NCBI GenBank assembly: GCA_963739305.1
Contig: CAVTZU010000010.1
Span: 32,001-96,000 of the forward strand
Origin: Candidatus Bathyarchaeota archaeon
GTDB taxonomy: Archaea; Thermoproteota; Bathyarchaeia; Bathyarchaeales; Bathycorpusculaceae
Direction: 5' to 3'
Length of the DNA: 64,000 nucleotides
Of the stretch, positions 1-10,271 are shown one piece after another. The notes beneath the pieces are model-generated. The model had not been told where the DNA came from. It made no database searches and was given only the letters and a program-made list of their open reading frames with translations. Within the stretch, counting starts at the first letter, position 1, and the number at the start of each line of letters is the position of its first letter. A program made the translations under genes and the position numbers.

Positions 1-959
1 CTAGATGGGCGTCTTTACTGGGAATGCCTCAATGGCTACAAGTTACATGGCCCACCACAGAAGAGTTGAGAGGTGTAACGATTAATTTTGAAAACGCCTA
101 TGCGCGAGGCTATCAGGTACAAACATGGAACGGAAGTAGTTGGATAGATCAGGCGATAATTGAAAACAACACGATGCTGCAGCGCACACATAACTTTGCA
201 CAGCCAGTCATGACTGACAAACTTCGCATTTTAGTAACGGCTGCACCTGCGTACAACATGGTCAGCATCTACGAGCTGGAGGCATTCTCCACGAGCAACT
301 TGACCTCCTCAAAGATCTTCGTGCCAAAAGAAGGAGTCTACAACTTCACAGCCAGGCTAGCATCAGACACAGACACGAATGGAACTTTCTATCTGAAAGT
401 AGACAGCAAACTCTTTTCGATTACTATCCCACCATCAAACACAAGCGAATTCTATTGGAACGATGTGTGCTCCACATTTCTCAACGTCGGAGAACACACG
501 ATAGGAATCGGAACTACGAGCAAATTAGCACTCGACAAACTGGCAATCTACCTACCTGAAAACGGCACGCACTCACTTGATGAACTCTTCGAACCGAATT
601 CTCCACCGTCAACGGTTCAGTTCGAAGAAATAAACCCATGCTCGTACACTGCTCACATAAGTAGCACACAACCATTCCTGCTAACATTTTCTGAGTCATA
701 CCATCCGATGTGGAAAGCCTATGTCGATGGCCAAGAGATATCGCCGATCCAGACGAATTTTGTGGTAAACGGGTACTACATCAACAAGACAGGGAGCTTT
801 GAAGTCGAGCTGTACTTCGTTGGCCAGACGTACGCGGAAATCGGACTTGCAATCTCCGGGTCAACTGCCATTTTTGTTGCAGTTATGGCATTTGTGAAGT
901 ATGGCCCATATGAAAAACTCAGACAGAAAATTCGAAGAACAATCGCCAAACTTCACTGA
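1..959 (+). CDS. C-terminal part of a membrane-anchored protein with an F5/8 type C (discoidin) domain and a YfhO/DUF3367-like C-terminus (5'-truncated by the window)
   Basis: Frame is open from base 3 (RWASLLGMPQWL, a discoidin-type RWAS..PQWL motif; also VSIYELEAF). LLTFSESYHPMWKAYVDG...NGYYI is followed by a TM helix and basic tail, as in large GT-C-like membrane proteins. Confidence 0.6.
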   Translation, partial: RWASLLGMPQWLQVTWPTTEELRGVTINFENAYARGYQVQTWNGSSWIDQAIIENNTMLQRTHNFAQPVMTDKLRILVTAAPAYNMVSIYELEAFSTSNLTSSKIFVPKEGVYNFTARLASDTDTNGTFYLKVDSKLFSITIPPSNTSEFYWNDVCSTFLNVGEHTIGIGTTSKLALDKLAIYLPENGTHSLDELFEPNSPPSTVQFEEINPCSYTAHISSTQPFLLTFSESYHPMWKAYVDGQEISPIQTNFVVNGYYINKTGSFEVELYFVGQTYAEIGLAISGSTAIFVAVMAFVKYGPYEKLRQKIRRTIAKLH

Positions 960-996
960 AGAATTATTATAGGAAGTGCAGAATAAACCCCAGTCG

Positions 997-1018
997 AGAC
1001 GTAACTAATCTTTTAAAC
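997..1018 (+). promoter_or_regulatory. Putative BRE/TATA promoter of the GT2-GNAT-deacetylase genes
   Basis: AGACGTAA followed by CTTTTAAA about 55 nt upstream of ATG 1073. Confidence 0.4.
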
Positions 1019-1072
1019 CCCCAAGACATAATAAAACACGAAAATCAAAAACCAGAATTCGGAGCAGGGTTA

Positions 1073-1876
1073 ATGCCTAGCATAGAAGAGCTGTCAGATG
1101 CACGAACAGGTGTAATAGTCGAATCCGCGGTCAGAAATGCTGCTCCACCTGTGACTAAGATTCAAACAGAGCTCAAGTCTGCGTTGCAGGCATCGATCAT
1201 TGTTCCAGTCTACAACGAGGAAGACATAATCTCAAAGAATTTGCTTTGTCTTTCAAGATATCTGGGATCCGACTACGAGCTTATCGTCTGCGACGACGCA
1301 AGCACTGACAGCACCTACGACGTTCTAACAAACTTGACCGCTCAGAATCCAAACATACGCTTGTTGGGGCTCGACAAGAGAATAGGCAAAGGCGGAACCA
1401 TAAAGAAAGCTGTCGAAATAGCAAACAGCGATGTCATAGTGTACCTTGATGCAGATCTGTCGGCAAGTCTTGATGATTTACCACGGTTGATGGAGTTGGC
1501 TTCAAAAAGGGACGCGCTTGTCATCAGCAAGAGAACGATGAAAGGAAGGCTAACACAGGGAGTTCTGAGATTGACGCTGAGCATTGGATACAATCTGTTG
1601 GCCAGACTTATTTTCAGAACAGGTATAGGAGATCATCAATGCGGCTTCAAAGCCATGAAAAAGAAAGTTGCGGAACAGCTGATCGCCAACACTTCAAATG
1701 ATGGATTTGTGTTTGATACAGAGCTTATTGTAAGGGCCAAGAAATCAGGCATCCCTGTGGAAGAGGTCCAAATTGAGTGGGCTGAAAGAAGACCAAAAAA
1801 AGCTAACACCAAATGGTTAAGAACATCTATTGAAATGATGAAAGATCTGATAGTTTTGAAAGAAAACCTACCGTAG
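1073..1876 (+). CDS. Glycosyltransferase family 2, dolichol-phosphate mannose/glucose synthase-like
   Basis: SIIVPVYNE, CDDASTD, GKGG, YLDAD (DxD), DHQCGFK and FDTEL motifs. Confidence 0.9.
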   Translation: MPSIEELSDARTGVIVESAVRNAAPPVTKIQTELKSALQASIIVPVYNEEDIISKNLLCLSRYLGSDYELIVCDDASTDSTYDVLTNLTAQNPNIRLLGLDKRIGKGGTIKKAVEIANSDVIVYLDADLSASLDDLPRLMELASKRDALVISKRTMKGRLTQGVLRLTLSIGYNLLARLIFRTGIGDHQCGFKAMKKKVAEQLIANTSNDGFVFDTELIVRAKKSGIPVEEVQIEWAERRPKKANTKWLRTSIEMMKDLIVLKENLP

Positions 1877-1903
1877 AGATCCAGAAGGCGAACGGAACCG
1901 CCG

Positions 1904-3085
1904 ATGTCGAAAGTGATAATTCGAAGATTTCGAGAAGGCGACGAACAAGAAACCCTTCGCTTCCTGAAAACTGTTTTCGGAGGATGGCATTCTCTTAGGC
2001 AATGGAATTGGAAATTCAGAGAAGTTGAAAAAGCTGAAGGACACAAGTCAATTATCTGGGTCATGGAAGCTGACGGCAAGATAGTGGGACATCTGGCTGC
2101 TATTCCAATGAAGCTCAGGGTTGGCCTAGAAATCTTTCCCGTGTGCCAATTGGTTGATGGAGCATCAAACCCTGAGTACAGACACAAAGGGTTGTACAAA
2201 GATCTTTTTGACAAGCTTTTGAATGACGCGATTGCAGAGGGCTTTGCTGTGACTTTCGGGTTTCCCAACATATTCTTCTATCGTCTTTGTGAACGACAGG
2301 GAAACTTTCACACAATATGTCAAATAAGAAAAATGTTTAAGGTACTTAGTTTTTACAACGCTGTCAATACTCTGCAGATAGAGCTCGTCTCTAACAATTC
2401 TGAACGAGGTGGCAGCGACTCTCCTTTGAAAGAGATCCTTGTTGCGCAGAGAGGAAAAGCATTCTCAATTTTCTTGGACCTGATTCGGAAAATTCTGAGG
2501 TCGACACTCACGTCCATTCGCGAACATGGAAAACCCATGAACAAAGCCGAGCTGAAAAAGATCGAGCCACAGAACCTCGGTGCAGAACTTAGCGCGGCTT
2601 GGATCGATTTTTCTCCGCATTATAGGTTTGCTTTTGAAAGAGATCCGCAGTTTCTGCGTTGGCGCTATAGCAGCCCAGAAGCCAAATACACGGCCTTCGT
2701 TGCAAAGAAAGGAAAGTCTGTTCGCGGTTACGTCGCCATCGGCATTGAAGAGAAGAGCGTCACTTTAGGCAGACTGAAGTTCAGCGGTCTCAGAGCCGGT
2801 TACATCGTAGATCTGGTTGCTGAAGCGGATTTGATCGTCCCTTTGATTTTCGCTGCAGAAGAGGAACTCAAGAAACAAGGAGCCTGCTTTGCAGAGTGCT
2901 GGGCAACTGATGAGAAGAGTCCATTCTTCAGAACATTGCAAACAAGACGGTACTATCAGCTCCCAGACCAATTGTACAGAGTATATTTCGTCGCAAAAGT
3001 CGATTCACCACGATTAAAGACCAGCATAGCTCCTGAATACAGCAATGAGATTCTGGCGTCTTTAGGAGACAGTGACATTGTCTGA
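1904..3085 (+). CDS. GNAT-family N-acyltransferase (tandem GNAT-like folds)
   Basis: IRRFREGD start, IVGH, PEYRHKGL acetyl-CoA motif A, FGFPN. Second half has FLRWRY...GYIVDL, typical of polysaccharide-locus GNATs. Confidence 0.75.
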   Translation: MSKVIIRRFREGDEQETLRFLKTVFGGWHSLRQWNWKFREVEKAEGHKSIIWVMEADGKIVGHLAAIPMKLRVGLEIFPVCQLVDGASNPEYRHKGLYKDLFDKLLNDAIAEGFAVTFGFPNIFFYRLCERQGNFHTICQIRKMFKVLSFYNAVNTLQIELVSNNSERGGSDSPLKEILVAQRGKAFSIFLDLIRKILRSTLTSIREHGKPMNKAELKKIEPQNLGAELSAAWIDFSPHYRFAFERDPQFLRWRYSSPEAKYTAFVAKKGKSVRGYVAIGIEEKSVTLGRLKFSGLRAGYIVDLVAEADLIVPLIFAAEEELKKQGACFAECWATDEKSPFFRTLQTRRYYQLPDQLYRVYFVAKVDSPRLKTSIAPEYSNEILASLGDSDIV

Positions 3086-3926
3086 GCATCAGACGCTAAT
3101 CTTTCTCAGTGTGGACGATTTTTTTCTGAGAAATGAGTGGGCTGGCGATGTTCCTGTTGTTTCTTCAAAGGAAATCAAACCGGAACAGGATTTCCGAATC
3201 TTGGATTTGTTCGAGGATTTTGATGTTAGCGCGACTTTTTTCATACCCGGGATAATAGCTGAACTGTTTCCCGAAAGAGTTCGGGACGTTGCGAATAGAG
3301 GCTTTGAAGTGGCTGCTCACGGATATAGACACGAGAACTTAACGTTCTTGGAAGAAGCTGATCGCAGACAGCTCATAATGAGATCTGTCAAAATGTTGGA
3401 AAAATGTATTAACAAAAATGTTTTGGGTTGGAGGTCTCCAGGGCTTCATATCGACGACGGTCTCTATCGAGTACTGAAAGAGACTCATGTTGAGTGGTGC
3501 AGCAACGTTGAACTGCCGTTGAGTTTGAAGCATGTCCCGTTCATGTTCAAAGGGAAAACTGAATTGCCGATCTCGTCAATTGATCTGAAGTTATACGGAA
3601 GCGGTTTGTCTCCCGCAAGAGTTTGTGATAAGTGGTTGGCGAGTTTGCAGAAAGGACACGGAGTCCTCACGTTAGTGCTTCATCCTTGGGTTGAATTAGA
3701 CGAGCTAGAAAGGTTCAATGGCTTAAGACTTTTCCTGGAGAAAGCCGTTACTATGGAGAAGGTCAAGTTCTGTTCGGGTTCAGAAATCTACGACGGCTTT
3801 GTTTTGCGGGGAAGTTCAGTTTACGGCACTTTTCTTTCGTCGGTTTCAAACCTGTGGAAGCGTTTTTCGAGAAGAGCCCAGCGTCCTATTCTAAGAGCGC
3901 AGAAATTGCTGCATACGCAGTCTTGA
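3072..3926 (+). CDS. Polysaccharide deacetylase (CE4/NodB family); start may be TTG 3078
   Basis: LSVDD, ATFFIPG, EVAAHGYRH, GWRSP and LVLHPW CE4 motifs; overlaps the GNAT stop. Confidence 0.85.
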   Translation: MTLSEHQTLIFLSVDDFFLRNEWAGDVPVVSSKEIKPEQDFRILDLFEDFDVSATFFIPGIIAELFPERVRDVANRGFEVAAHGYRHENLTFLEEADRRQLIMRSVKMLEKCINKNVLGWRSPGLHIDDGLYRVLKETHVEWCSNVELPLSLKHVPFMFKGKTELPISSIDLKLYGSGLSPARVCDKWLASLQKGHGVLTLVLHPWVELDELERFNGLRLFLEKAVTMEKVKFCSGSEIYDGFVLRGSSVYGTFLSSVSNLWKRFSRRAQRPILRAQKLLHTQS

Positions 3927-3984
3927 CAAGAAACGCGTCGGCTTTTGCTCTAAAGCTTTAAAAACGTATGTTTGAATAAGGGAA

Positions 3985-5202
3985 GTGAAAGGTGTAGATC
4001 GGGTGCCTATTGGCATATTGTACAGTCATTTCACTGAACGCGGTGGTGCAGAGAACGTTATTTTGAAACAGGTGGACATGCTTCACCATGAGGGATACGA
4101 TGTCAAATGCTACTTCGCATTCGTGGACAAGACATTGGTGAAGCCTGCTTCAAACCCGCACTGCTATGTTGACGAGTATTTCGGCAGCGGCCTCATTCGC
4201 TCCAAGACGTTGAGAATATTGCTGTCACTTCCTTTAGCACCAGTCACGATGAAGAAGCTGGCGGAAGCTGACGCCTTGATATGTCACGGTTATGGACCAG
4301 GACCGTGGATTGGTTATGTGCAGAAGAAGCTCAGAGGCGTCAAATACATCAGCTATATTCATTTCCTTCCGAGAATGTTCTATTTGAGTCCGGAAGAGAA
4401 GCGACTGTGGCGTTTTGATAGCACAAGAAACACCGTCTACCTTCTTGGCAAAGCCACAGAGCCTCTAGTGAAAAAGATAGACCAGTTAGGCGTCAAAAAC
4501 TCAGATGCGGTGTTGGCGAATAGCAGTTATACTCGACGCCGGGTAAAAGAGGTCTATGATGTTGATGCGAAGGTTTGCTATCCCCCAGTGGACACGGATA
4601 CATTTAGGAAGCTCGCCGAGAAAGAGATTCAGCCATTGCGTCAGAACCTAGGCTGGCCAATCATCTTTTCTTCGGGGAGAATCGTTGCGGTCAAACATTG
4701 GGACTGGCTGATTAGAGCCCTTGTGCACGTCAAGAAGGCTTTTCCGTCAGTCACTCTCGCGATTTCAGGTGAAGTGTCGAGAGGAAGCGAGGATTACGTA
4801 AATGAGCTCTTTGCGCTGGCCTCTGATCTTGGCGTGAAAGACAACGTGAAATTTTTGGGTTTCAAACCTACCGACGAACTTGTGAAACTGTACAACGTTG
4901 CGGATGTCTACGCTTATCCGACACCTATGGAAGATTTTGGATTGGGCCCCGTTGAAGCGATGGCCTGTGGAACTCCGGTTGTCGTGTGGGATGATGGAGG
5001 AGGACCTTGTGAAACGACGATTACGGGATTCTCAGGTTTTAGGGCTCGACCCTACGATTTTGTGGATTTTGCAGAGAAAGCCATGAAGGCGTTTGATGTT
5101 GACAAGAATGCGGTTGGTGACCGTTTGCACGGTTATGTCAAAGACAGGTTTTCAGATGAAAATCACTTGAAAACTCTGATTGGCACGCTGAAAGAGTTGT
5201 AG
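3985..5202 (+). CDS. Glycosyltransferase family 4 (probable start GTG 4003)
   Basis: GGAE, ANS, YPPVD, GRIVAVKH and EDFGLGPVEAMACG (ExFGx...E) motifs. Confidence 0.9.
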   Translation: MKGVDRVPIGILYSHFTERGGAENVILKQVDMLHHEGYDVKCYFAFVDKTLVKPASNPHCYVDEYFGSGLIRSKTLRILLSLPLAPVTMKKLAEADALICHGYGPGPWIGYVQKKLRGVKYISYIHFLPRMFYLSPEEKRLWRFDSTRNTVYLLGKATEPLVKKIDQLGVKNSDAVLANSSYTRRRVKEVYDVDAKVCYPPVDTDTFRKLAEKEIQPLRQNLGWPIIFSSGRIVAVKHWDWLIRALVHVKKAFPSVTLAISGEVSRGSEDYVNELFALASDLGVKDNVKFLGFKPTDELVKLYNVADVYAYPTPMEDFGLGPVEAMACGTPVVVWDDGGGPCETTITGFSGFRARPYDFVDFAEKAMKAFDVDKNAVGDRLHGYVKDRFSDENHLKTLIGTLKEL

Positions 5203-5237
5203 TCGAATCTGCGCCGATTTTGCGAGAAGGATAGAGT

Positions 5238-6449
5238 TTGAGGATTTTTGCGGTCTTCTTCCATCCCCGCGCAGACTTCACTGCAGTTGGCGGAGCAGAA
5301 AAAAGGTTCCTTCGAGTTTTGAAAGTCTGGGATAGAAAGGGGGTAGCTGTCACTGTCGTTGAATCGAGCCCTACACTTGTTTCAGCCTGCTGCCCTTCTT
5401 TTGAAACGAGGGAGATAGCCAGTCCGGTATCTGCATATGGAAAAGGGTTGTACTCTATTTACCTTGAATGGGTTTTGTGGGTTGTGAAGGCATGCATTCG
5501 GTCCCCGAGCATTTTGAGGGAAAAAAAGCAGGACATCATTCTTTCTCCGAACAACACTCTTCCAAACCTAATTGTAGCCTATTTTGTTCACGTTTTGTCG
5601 AGACTGCCGCTGGTTGTGACAGTTCATCATTTCGATTTTCCCAATGCTGGTGAGAAAGCGAATCTCGCTTCAGCGTATCGCATTTACCGACATGCCGGAT
5701 TTGGAAACATTATTGCTCTAGTCAAAGCGCTGACGTTTTCGATTATGCTGGCACTTGTCAAAAGAGCAGACATGCTAATCACAGTTTCCAATTACACAGC
5801 TAGATTTCTCCTGAAAAACGACATCCCCAAAGATAAGATAAGCGTAAGTGGAAACGGCATCGATACTGATCTGATTGAGCAATCCAAGGCGGAAAAGAAA
5901 GTCTATGAAGGCATTTTCGTCGGCAGGATTTCCAGAGACAAGGGAGTCTTTGATCTCGTTCAGATATGGAAACTGGTAGTTGCTGATGAGCCTGACTTCA
6001 AGCTTCTGGTGGTCGGGAAGGGACCTGACATGGCGAAGTTGGAAGAATTGATCCAAGATAGCGGTCTGTCTTCCAACATAATCTTGAAAGGAAGCTGTAC
6101 CGACATGAATCTTTTTGCCCTTATGAAAGCTAGCAAGGTGTTCTTGTTTCCAAGCAGATTTGAGGGCTGGGGACTCGCGGTCGGTGAAGCACTTGCATGT
6201 GGATTGCCTGTTGTGTGCTATGATGTCCCAGCACTCCGCGAAATCTTTGGAAATTGCAAAAGCGTGTGCTTTGTCGCCTCAAATGATACTGCTGGCTTTG
6301 CAAGGTTTTGCGAGGACATCCTTCTCCGAGACGACCTCGAAAAACTTGGGGCAGTTTCTGAAGAATATGTCAGACGATTTGACTGGAGCAACGTGGCTGT
6401 GATTGATCTGCAGCTTATAGAGAAGTTGGTCCACCAACGCCAATCGTAA
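5238..6449 (+). CDS. Glycosyltransferase family 4
   Basis: GGAE, TVS, NGID, VGRISRDKG and EGWGLAVGEALACGLPVV motifs. Confidence 0.9.
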   Translation: MRIFAVFFHPRADFTAVGGAEKRFLRVLKVWDRKGVAVTVVESSPTLVSACCPSFETREIASPVSAYGKGLYSIYLEWVLWVVKACIRSPSILREKKQDIILSPNNTLPNLIVAYFVHVLSRLPLVVTVHHFDFPNAGEKANLASAYRIYRHAGFGNIIALVKALTFSIMLALVKRADMLITVSNYTARFLLKNDIPKDKISVSGNGIDTDLIEQSKAEKKVYEGIFVGRISRDKGVFDLVQIWKLVVADEPDFKLLVVGKGPDMAKLEELIQDSGLSSNIILKGSCTDMNLFALMKASKVFLFPSRFEGWGLAVGEALACGLPVVCYDVPALREIFGNCKSVCFVASNDTAGFARFCEDILLRDDLEKLGAVSEEYVRRFDWSNVAVIDLQLIEKLVHQRQS

Positions 6450-6519
6450 CTCGGAAATACTTCGATATTTGGCCGACACACAACGACTTTGATAACTAAA
6501 TCGCAAGAACTTTGATTTG

Positions 6520-6545
6520 AAAAATGGGAAAAAGAAAGAAGGGGG
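6520..6545 (-). terminator. Oligo-pyrimidine (U-tract) terminator of the S-layer gene
   Basis: Minus strand reads CCCCCTTCTTTCTTTTTCCCATTTTT a few nt after the reconstructed TAA at 6553-6555. Confidence 0.55.
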
Positions 6546-6552
6546 TTGTTGT

Positions 6553-9291
6553 TTATGGGTCGACGTGTATCGCTGGATATTTGTCGGTTACCCAAACTGG
6601 AAATTCTGGCCAGCCTGGGAACGGTACCATTTGCAGCGGTGTTATGGTTCCGTCCGTCGATTTCCGGCCTCATGAAGATATCCTTGGTAGTTGTATTCGC
6701 TGATAGTGCCTAAAGCTTCCATGATCGTTACGAAGCAGTAGTCTGTTGGGTGCAGTGTGTAGTTGAATTGGAGCACCAAAGTTGTCACACCCTCTGGCAT
6801 GTTTTCCCATGATGCCAGGTCTAATACGTCGCTGTGTTGCAGTGCCCAGCATGTGTAGTACGTGTCTTGACCCGTGTATCCGTAGACGACAAGGAAGGTT
6901 GTTCCGTTAAGGTCTTGGAACGTCGATATCATACCGTAACCTACTGTCTCTACGCCACCTACCATTGTTGGTACGTATGTGTTCTTGCTCCAGCATGACG
7001 TCGAATATATGACGCTTCCCGGTGCGCCTGAGCCTGTCCATCCTCCTAGCGTAGCAAATGCATCTGTGAAGTCATTGGTATATTCTGTCACTGCGTTTGC
7101 GACTGGACCTCCGACGGTGATTATGTTGCTGCTGGATATTGGTAAGCCTTGCATCTCGTCTCCCGTGTTAATGTTGACGTGGCATGACCAGTCGTCTTTG
7201 AATCCTAGTCTGCCCAAGTTGAAGGCGACGTTTGCGTCTCTATATCCTGTGCGGGCAGGAAGCAACGTTGGTCTCTGTGCACTCAACACTGATGGCGCGT
7301 TGGGTCCGTACGTTGTGTCTTGCATGTCAAGTCCACTGTTTCTCAGTGTGGCGCCCGTATACCATGTGACATAAGTGCTTACCATTGCTGATCCGGCGGA
7401 GTCGATTGCCGCTGAGTCTCTGCCTACTACTAGCCATTCCCATGCTCCGTCATTCCATGATTCTTCATAGTAGTTAGTTGAGAACAGTATCTTCACTTCA
7501 GAATTTGCTGAAGGAGCATCATAGAACTGGACGTATACGGCTCCTCCTTCGTCGTAATCAAGGAAGTAGTCTGTGTCGCGTATCTGCAACGTGTTGTTGA
7601 TCAGCACTCTTTCAGCAAAGGTGTCATATCCGTACCAATCGTTGTAAACGAAGTCTTGATAGTACACGTACGGCCAGGCCAAGCCATTATCGTTTTGGTA
7701 TGGTCTGTCCGGGTACTGGTCTGAATACTTCAAGTAGAAGACGTCATTATCTCCGTCAGCTGCGTATTTGTCCACCCATCTTGTCGTATCCTTATACATC
7801 ATGTCGCTAAGGTCCCATGGACGGAATACACTAGTCAGCTGATACATAACTTCACTGTCAGGTGTGTTTAAGTGGCTGCCGATGCCCATTACGTTTGCGT
7901 CGTCACCGTTGTTCAAGTCTGTTACACCGTACACCGCGATTGCCCTGAATTCTTTGTCAGACGTAATACTGCCATAGATATTGTGTTCAGGCGTCAGCAC
8001 GAAGTCCCATTCTCCGACGGTGAGCGGTGCCAAGAACGGCTCAACGAGGTTGAATGCGTCTGTGCTGTGCGAATCAATTGCGCTCAATGGTCTGTACCAA
8101 AGGTCTTCTCTGCCACCGCCTGCGTCTGCTGACCAGTCACTCAGTGCCGGCCAGTAGGCTGCGTAGGCGACGTATTTCAGGTCATTCGAGATCATCTGTG
8201 CCATAATCGTAGGTGCCACTGCTGGAAGGTGCACTTCCATAGAGGTTGACAGGTACGTCAAGCGTCACATTGCCAGTTACCATGATAGATATTCCTGGTG
8301 GAAGCGTCGGACAAACTGTGTACATGTTATTGTAATCAGTGTAGGTGCCTTCATCGTTGGCTGTTGTGTAGAAGTGAACGTAGCTTGAGTAGGGATCGGT
8401 GTTGGGATATGATGCTGCACCTAAGTCCCATTCTTCTCTGTCGCTCAATTGGCAGAGGAATCCGCTTGCGATGCTAGCGTTATTGTTTTTATTTGTCTGG
8501 TACACCCATAACGGAGAAATCTCGTACTTCGGGTGCGAAACTGCTTTGACATCTTTGAAGACAATGACTTGTTTGCTAACCTTGTCGAACTCTATTGTCA
8601 AAATGAAATTCACCAATGCTAACGATGGAGTGCCTGTGTTCTCATTGATGTCCCATATGTGGTTCGTGAGCACTGCGATGAATTTCCTCGGTCCATCGTA
8701 AAGGACCTGTATTGGATCTGTGATCACTGTTCCGTTTGTCTTCCTACCACCATTTAGCAGTGTTGTTCCTGTGACTACACCTGCAGGACTGATTTCGTAA
8801 CCTGGGTACCTGAAGCTTTCTTGCCACTCGTATGTGCAAGAATATGGAGCTTTGATGTACAGCCACGGTCCACCGTAGCTTGCCAGGTCGCCGAACATCG
8901 CTGCAGCCCAAACCGTTGTCAGTCCATTGAGCGAGTTGTTGTACGTAATACTCAGCATCCAACCATTGATCCACACGTTCTTCGGTAGAAAGTCTGGAAT
9001 AGTAGTCGGACCGGCTGGTTCTGCCCATGGATCGCGTGCACCGGCGTATTCAATTCCTACGTTTGTATTGTTGTCTATCAGTTCACCGAACTTGGAAAGC
9101 CCGATACTCAGGCTCTGTGCCTGATAGGGGTATAGCGAGTATGAGTCTGTTCCAAGAACTCCAGTTTCCGTCATGTACCAACTTGTAGGATCTGGTGAAA
9201 GTGCGTATGCTTTTTGTACCATCATTATTGGTCCAAAGAATGATATTACCATTATTGCTGTAGCTAATATTGCAATTAGAGATTTTTTCAT
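6553..9291 (-). CDS. S-layer protein (~910 aa), interrupted by two apparent indels (~8205 and ~6665)
   Basis: Signal peptide MKKSLIAILATAIMV...AYA. ORFs 8182..9291 and 6642..8261 join as GTYD-[+1]-MAQMISND. S-layer C-terminal motif NIITVGGPVAN is present. A third segment DGTITPLQMVPFPGWPEFPVWVTDKYPAIHVDP* ends just before a terminator. Confidence 0.7.
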
Positions 9292-9339
9292 TTTTATTCC
9301 TCATTTAAATATGGTCTTTCTATAGTTTGTTAGCCTCAG

Positions 9340-9356
9340 ATTTAAAAGGTTTTCCA
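9340..9356 (-). promoter_or_regulatory. BRE-TATA promoter of the S-layer gene
   Basis: Minus strand GGAAAAC-CTTTTAAAT about 50 nt upstream of ATG 9291; GAGGA SD-like sequence precedes the ATG. Confidence 0.6.
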
Positions 9357-9632
9357 TTACATAAAAAAGAACGTAAACGAGCAAAATTCAAAAACAGACT
9401 GCGATTTGAAACACGTAGAGCCTAAACTTAAAGATTTCGGCGAAAAAAGTGCGGCATCCCTCGCAGGCTTGTCGGAACGCGTTAGAAACTGTCTGAAAAA
9501 AAGGACGATGATTCAAGAACTGTAAACGTCAAAACGGATAATCACCATTGCGGCTTTCGACAGAAAAACGATTTTGCAGTTTGGACGACAAACATATTAC
9601 TGCCCACATGGCTGTTTCTCTTTTTGATACGC

Positions 9633-10271
9633 ATGAAGACACGGTCATTCGAGGTCGGCTCGTTCTCCACAAACTGCTACGTCGTAGGCTGCGCGGAAAC
9701 AAAGGAAGCAGTCATCATCGACCCAGGCTTCGACTCGGGAAGTGAGGCAGAAAGCATCATCAAATACATAGAAGAAAACTATTCAAAGTTGAAAACCATC
9801 GTCAACACCCACGGGCATCCTGACCACACGTGTGGAAATGGGCTGATCAAGAACAGGTTCAACGCGTCCATTGCAATTCACAAGGATGACGCCTATTTGA
9901 TTGGAACCTTGGGAAAACGTCTTGCAGAAGCTTTCAATCTGACAAACCATTCGCCACCAGCAGACATCTTGTTGGACGACGGAAACAATGTAGAGTTTGG
10001 AAACGAAAAACTCGAGGTAATCCACACGCCCGGACACAGTCCCGGAAGCATTTCACTCTTGGGAAAGAACGTAATATTCACAGGTGACACGCTATTCGCA
10101 AGCTCAATTGGGAGAACAGATTTTCCAGAAAGCTCAGAAAAGGAAATGCAAGTTTCGCTGAAAAGGTTGAAGAATCTGCCCGACAATCTAACTGTATATC
10201 CTGGGCATGGACCAGCAACAGTGCTTGGGAAGGAAAAACGCGATAACCCTTTCCTCAAAGGACTCCTTTGA
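9633..10271 (+). CDS. Metallo-beta-lactamase-fold hydrolase (glyoxalase II-like)
   Basis: TNCY, IIDPG, THGHPDH, HTPGHSPG, FTGDTLF, GRTD and YPGHG motifs. Confidence 0.9.
   Translation: MKTRSFEVGSFSTNCYVVGCAETKEAVIIDPGFDSGSEAESIIKYIEENYSKLKTIVNTHGHPDHTCGNGLIKNRFNASIAIHKDDAYLIGTLGKRLAEAFNLTNHSPPADILLDDGNNVEFGNEKLEVIHTPGHSPGSISLLGKNVIFTGDTLFASSIGRTDFPESSEKEMQVSLKRLKNLPDNLTVYPGHGPATVLGKEKRDNPFLKGLL

Noticed and set aside
6218-6673. 151-aa minus-strand ORF downstream of the S-layer gene
   Set aside because: Runs through the terminator and antisense to a GT4 gene; an off-frame reading of the S-layer 3' end.
3072-9291. Apparent G/T-rich shift on the + strand suggesting inversion or foreign origin
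   Set aside because: Visual impression only, partly explained by the minus-strand S-layer gene; needs computed skew and codon usage.
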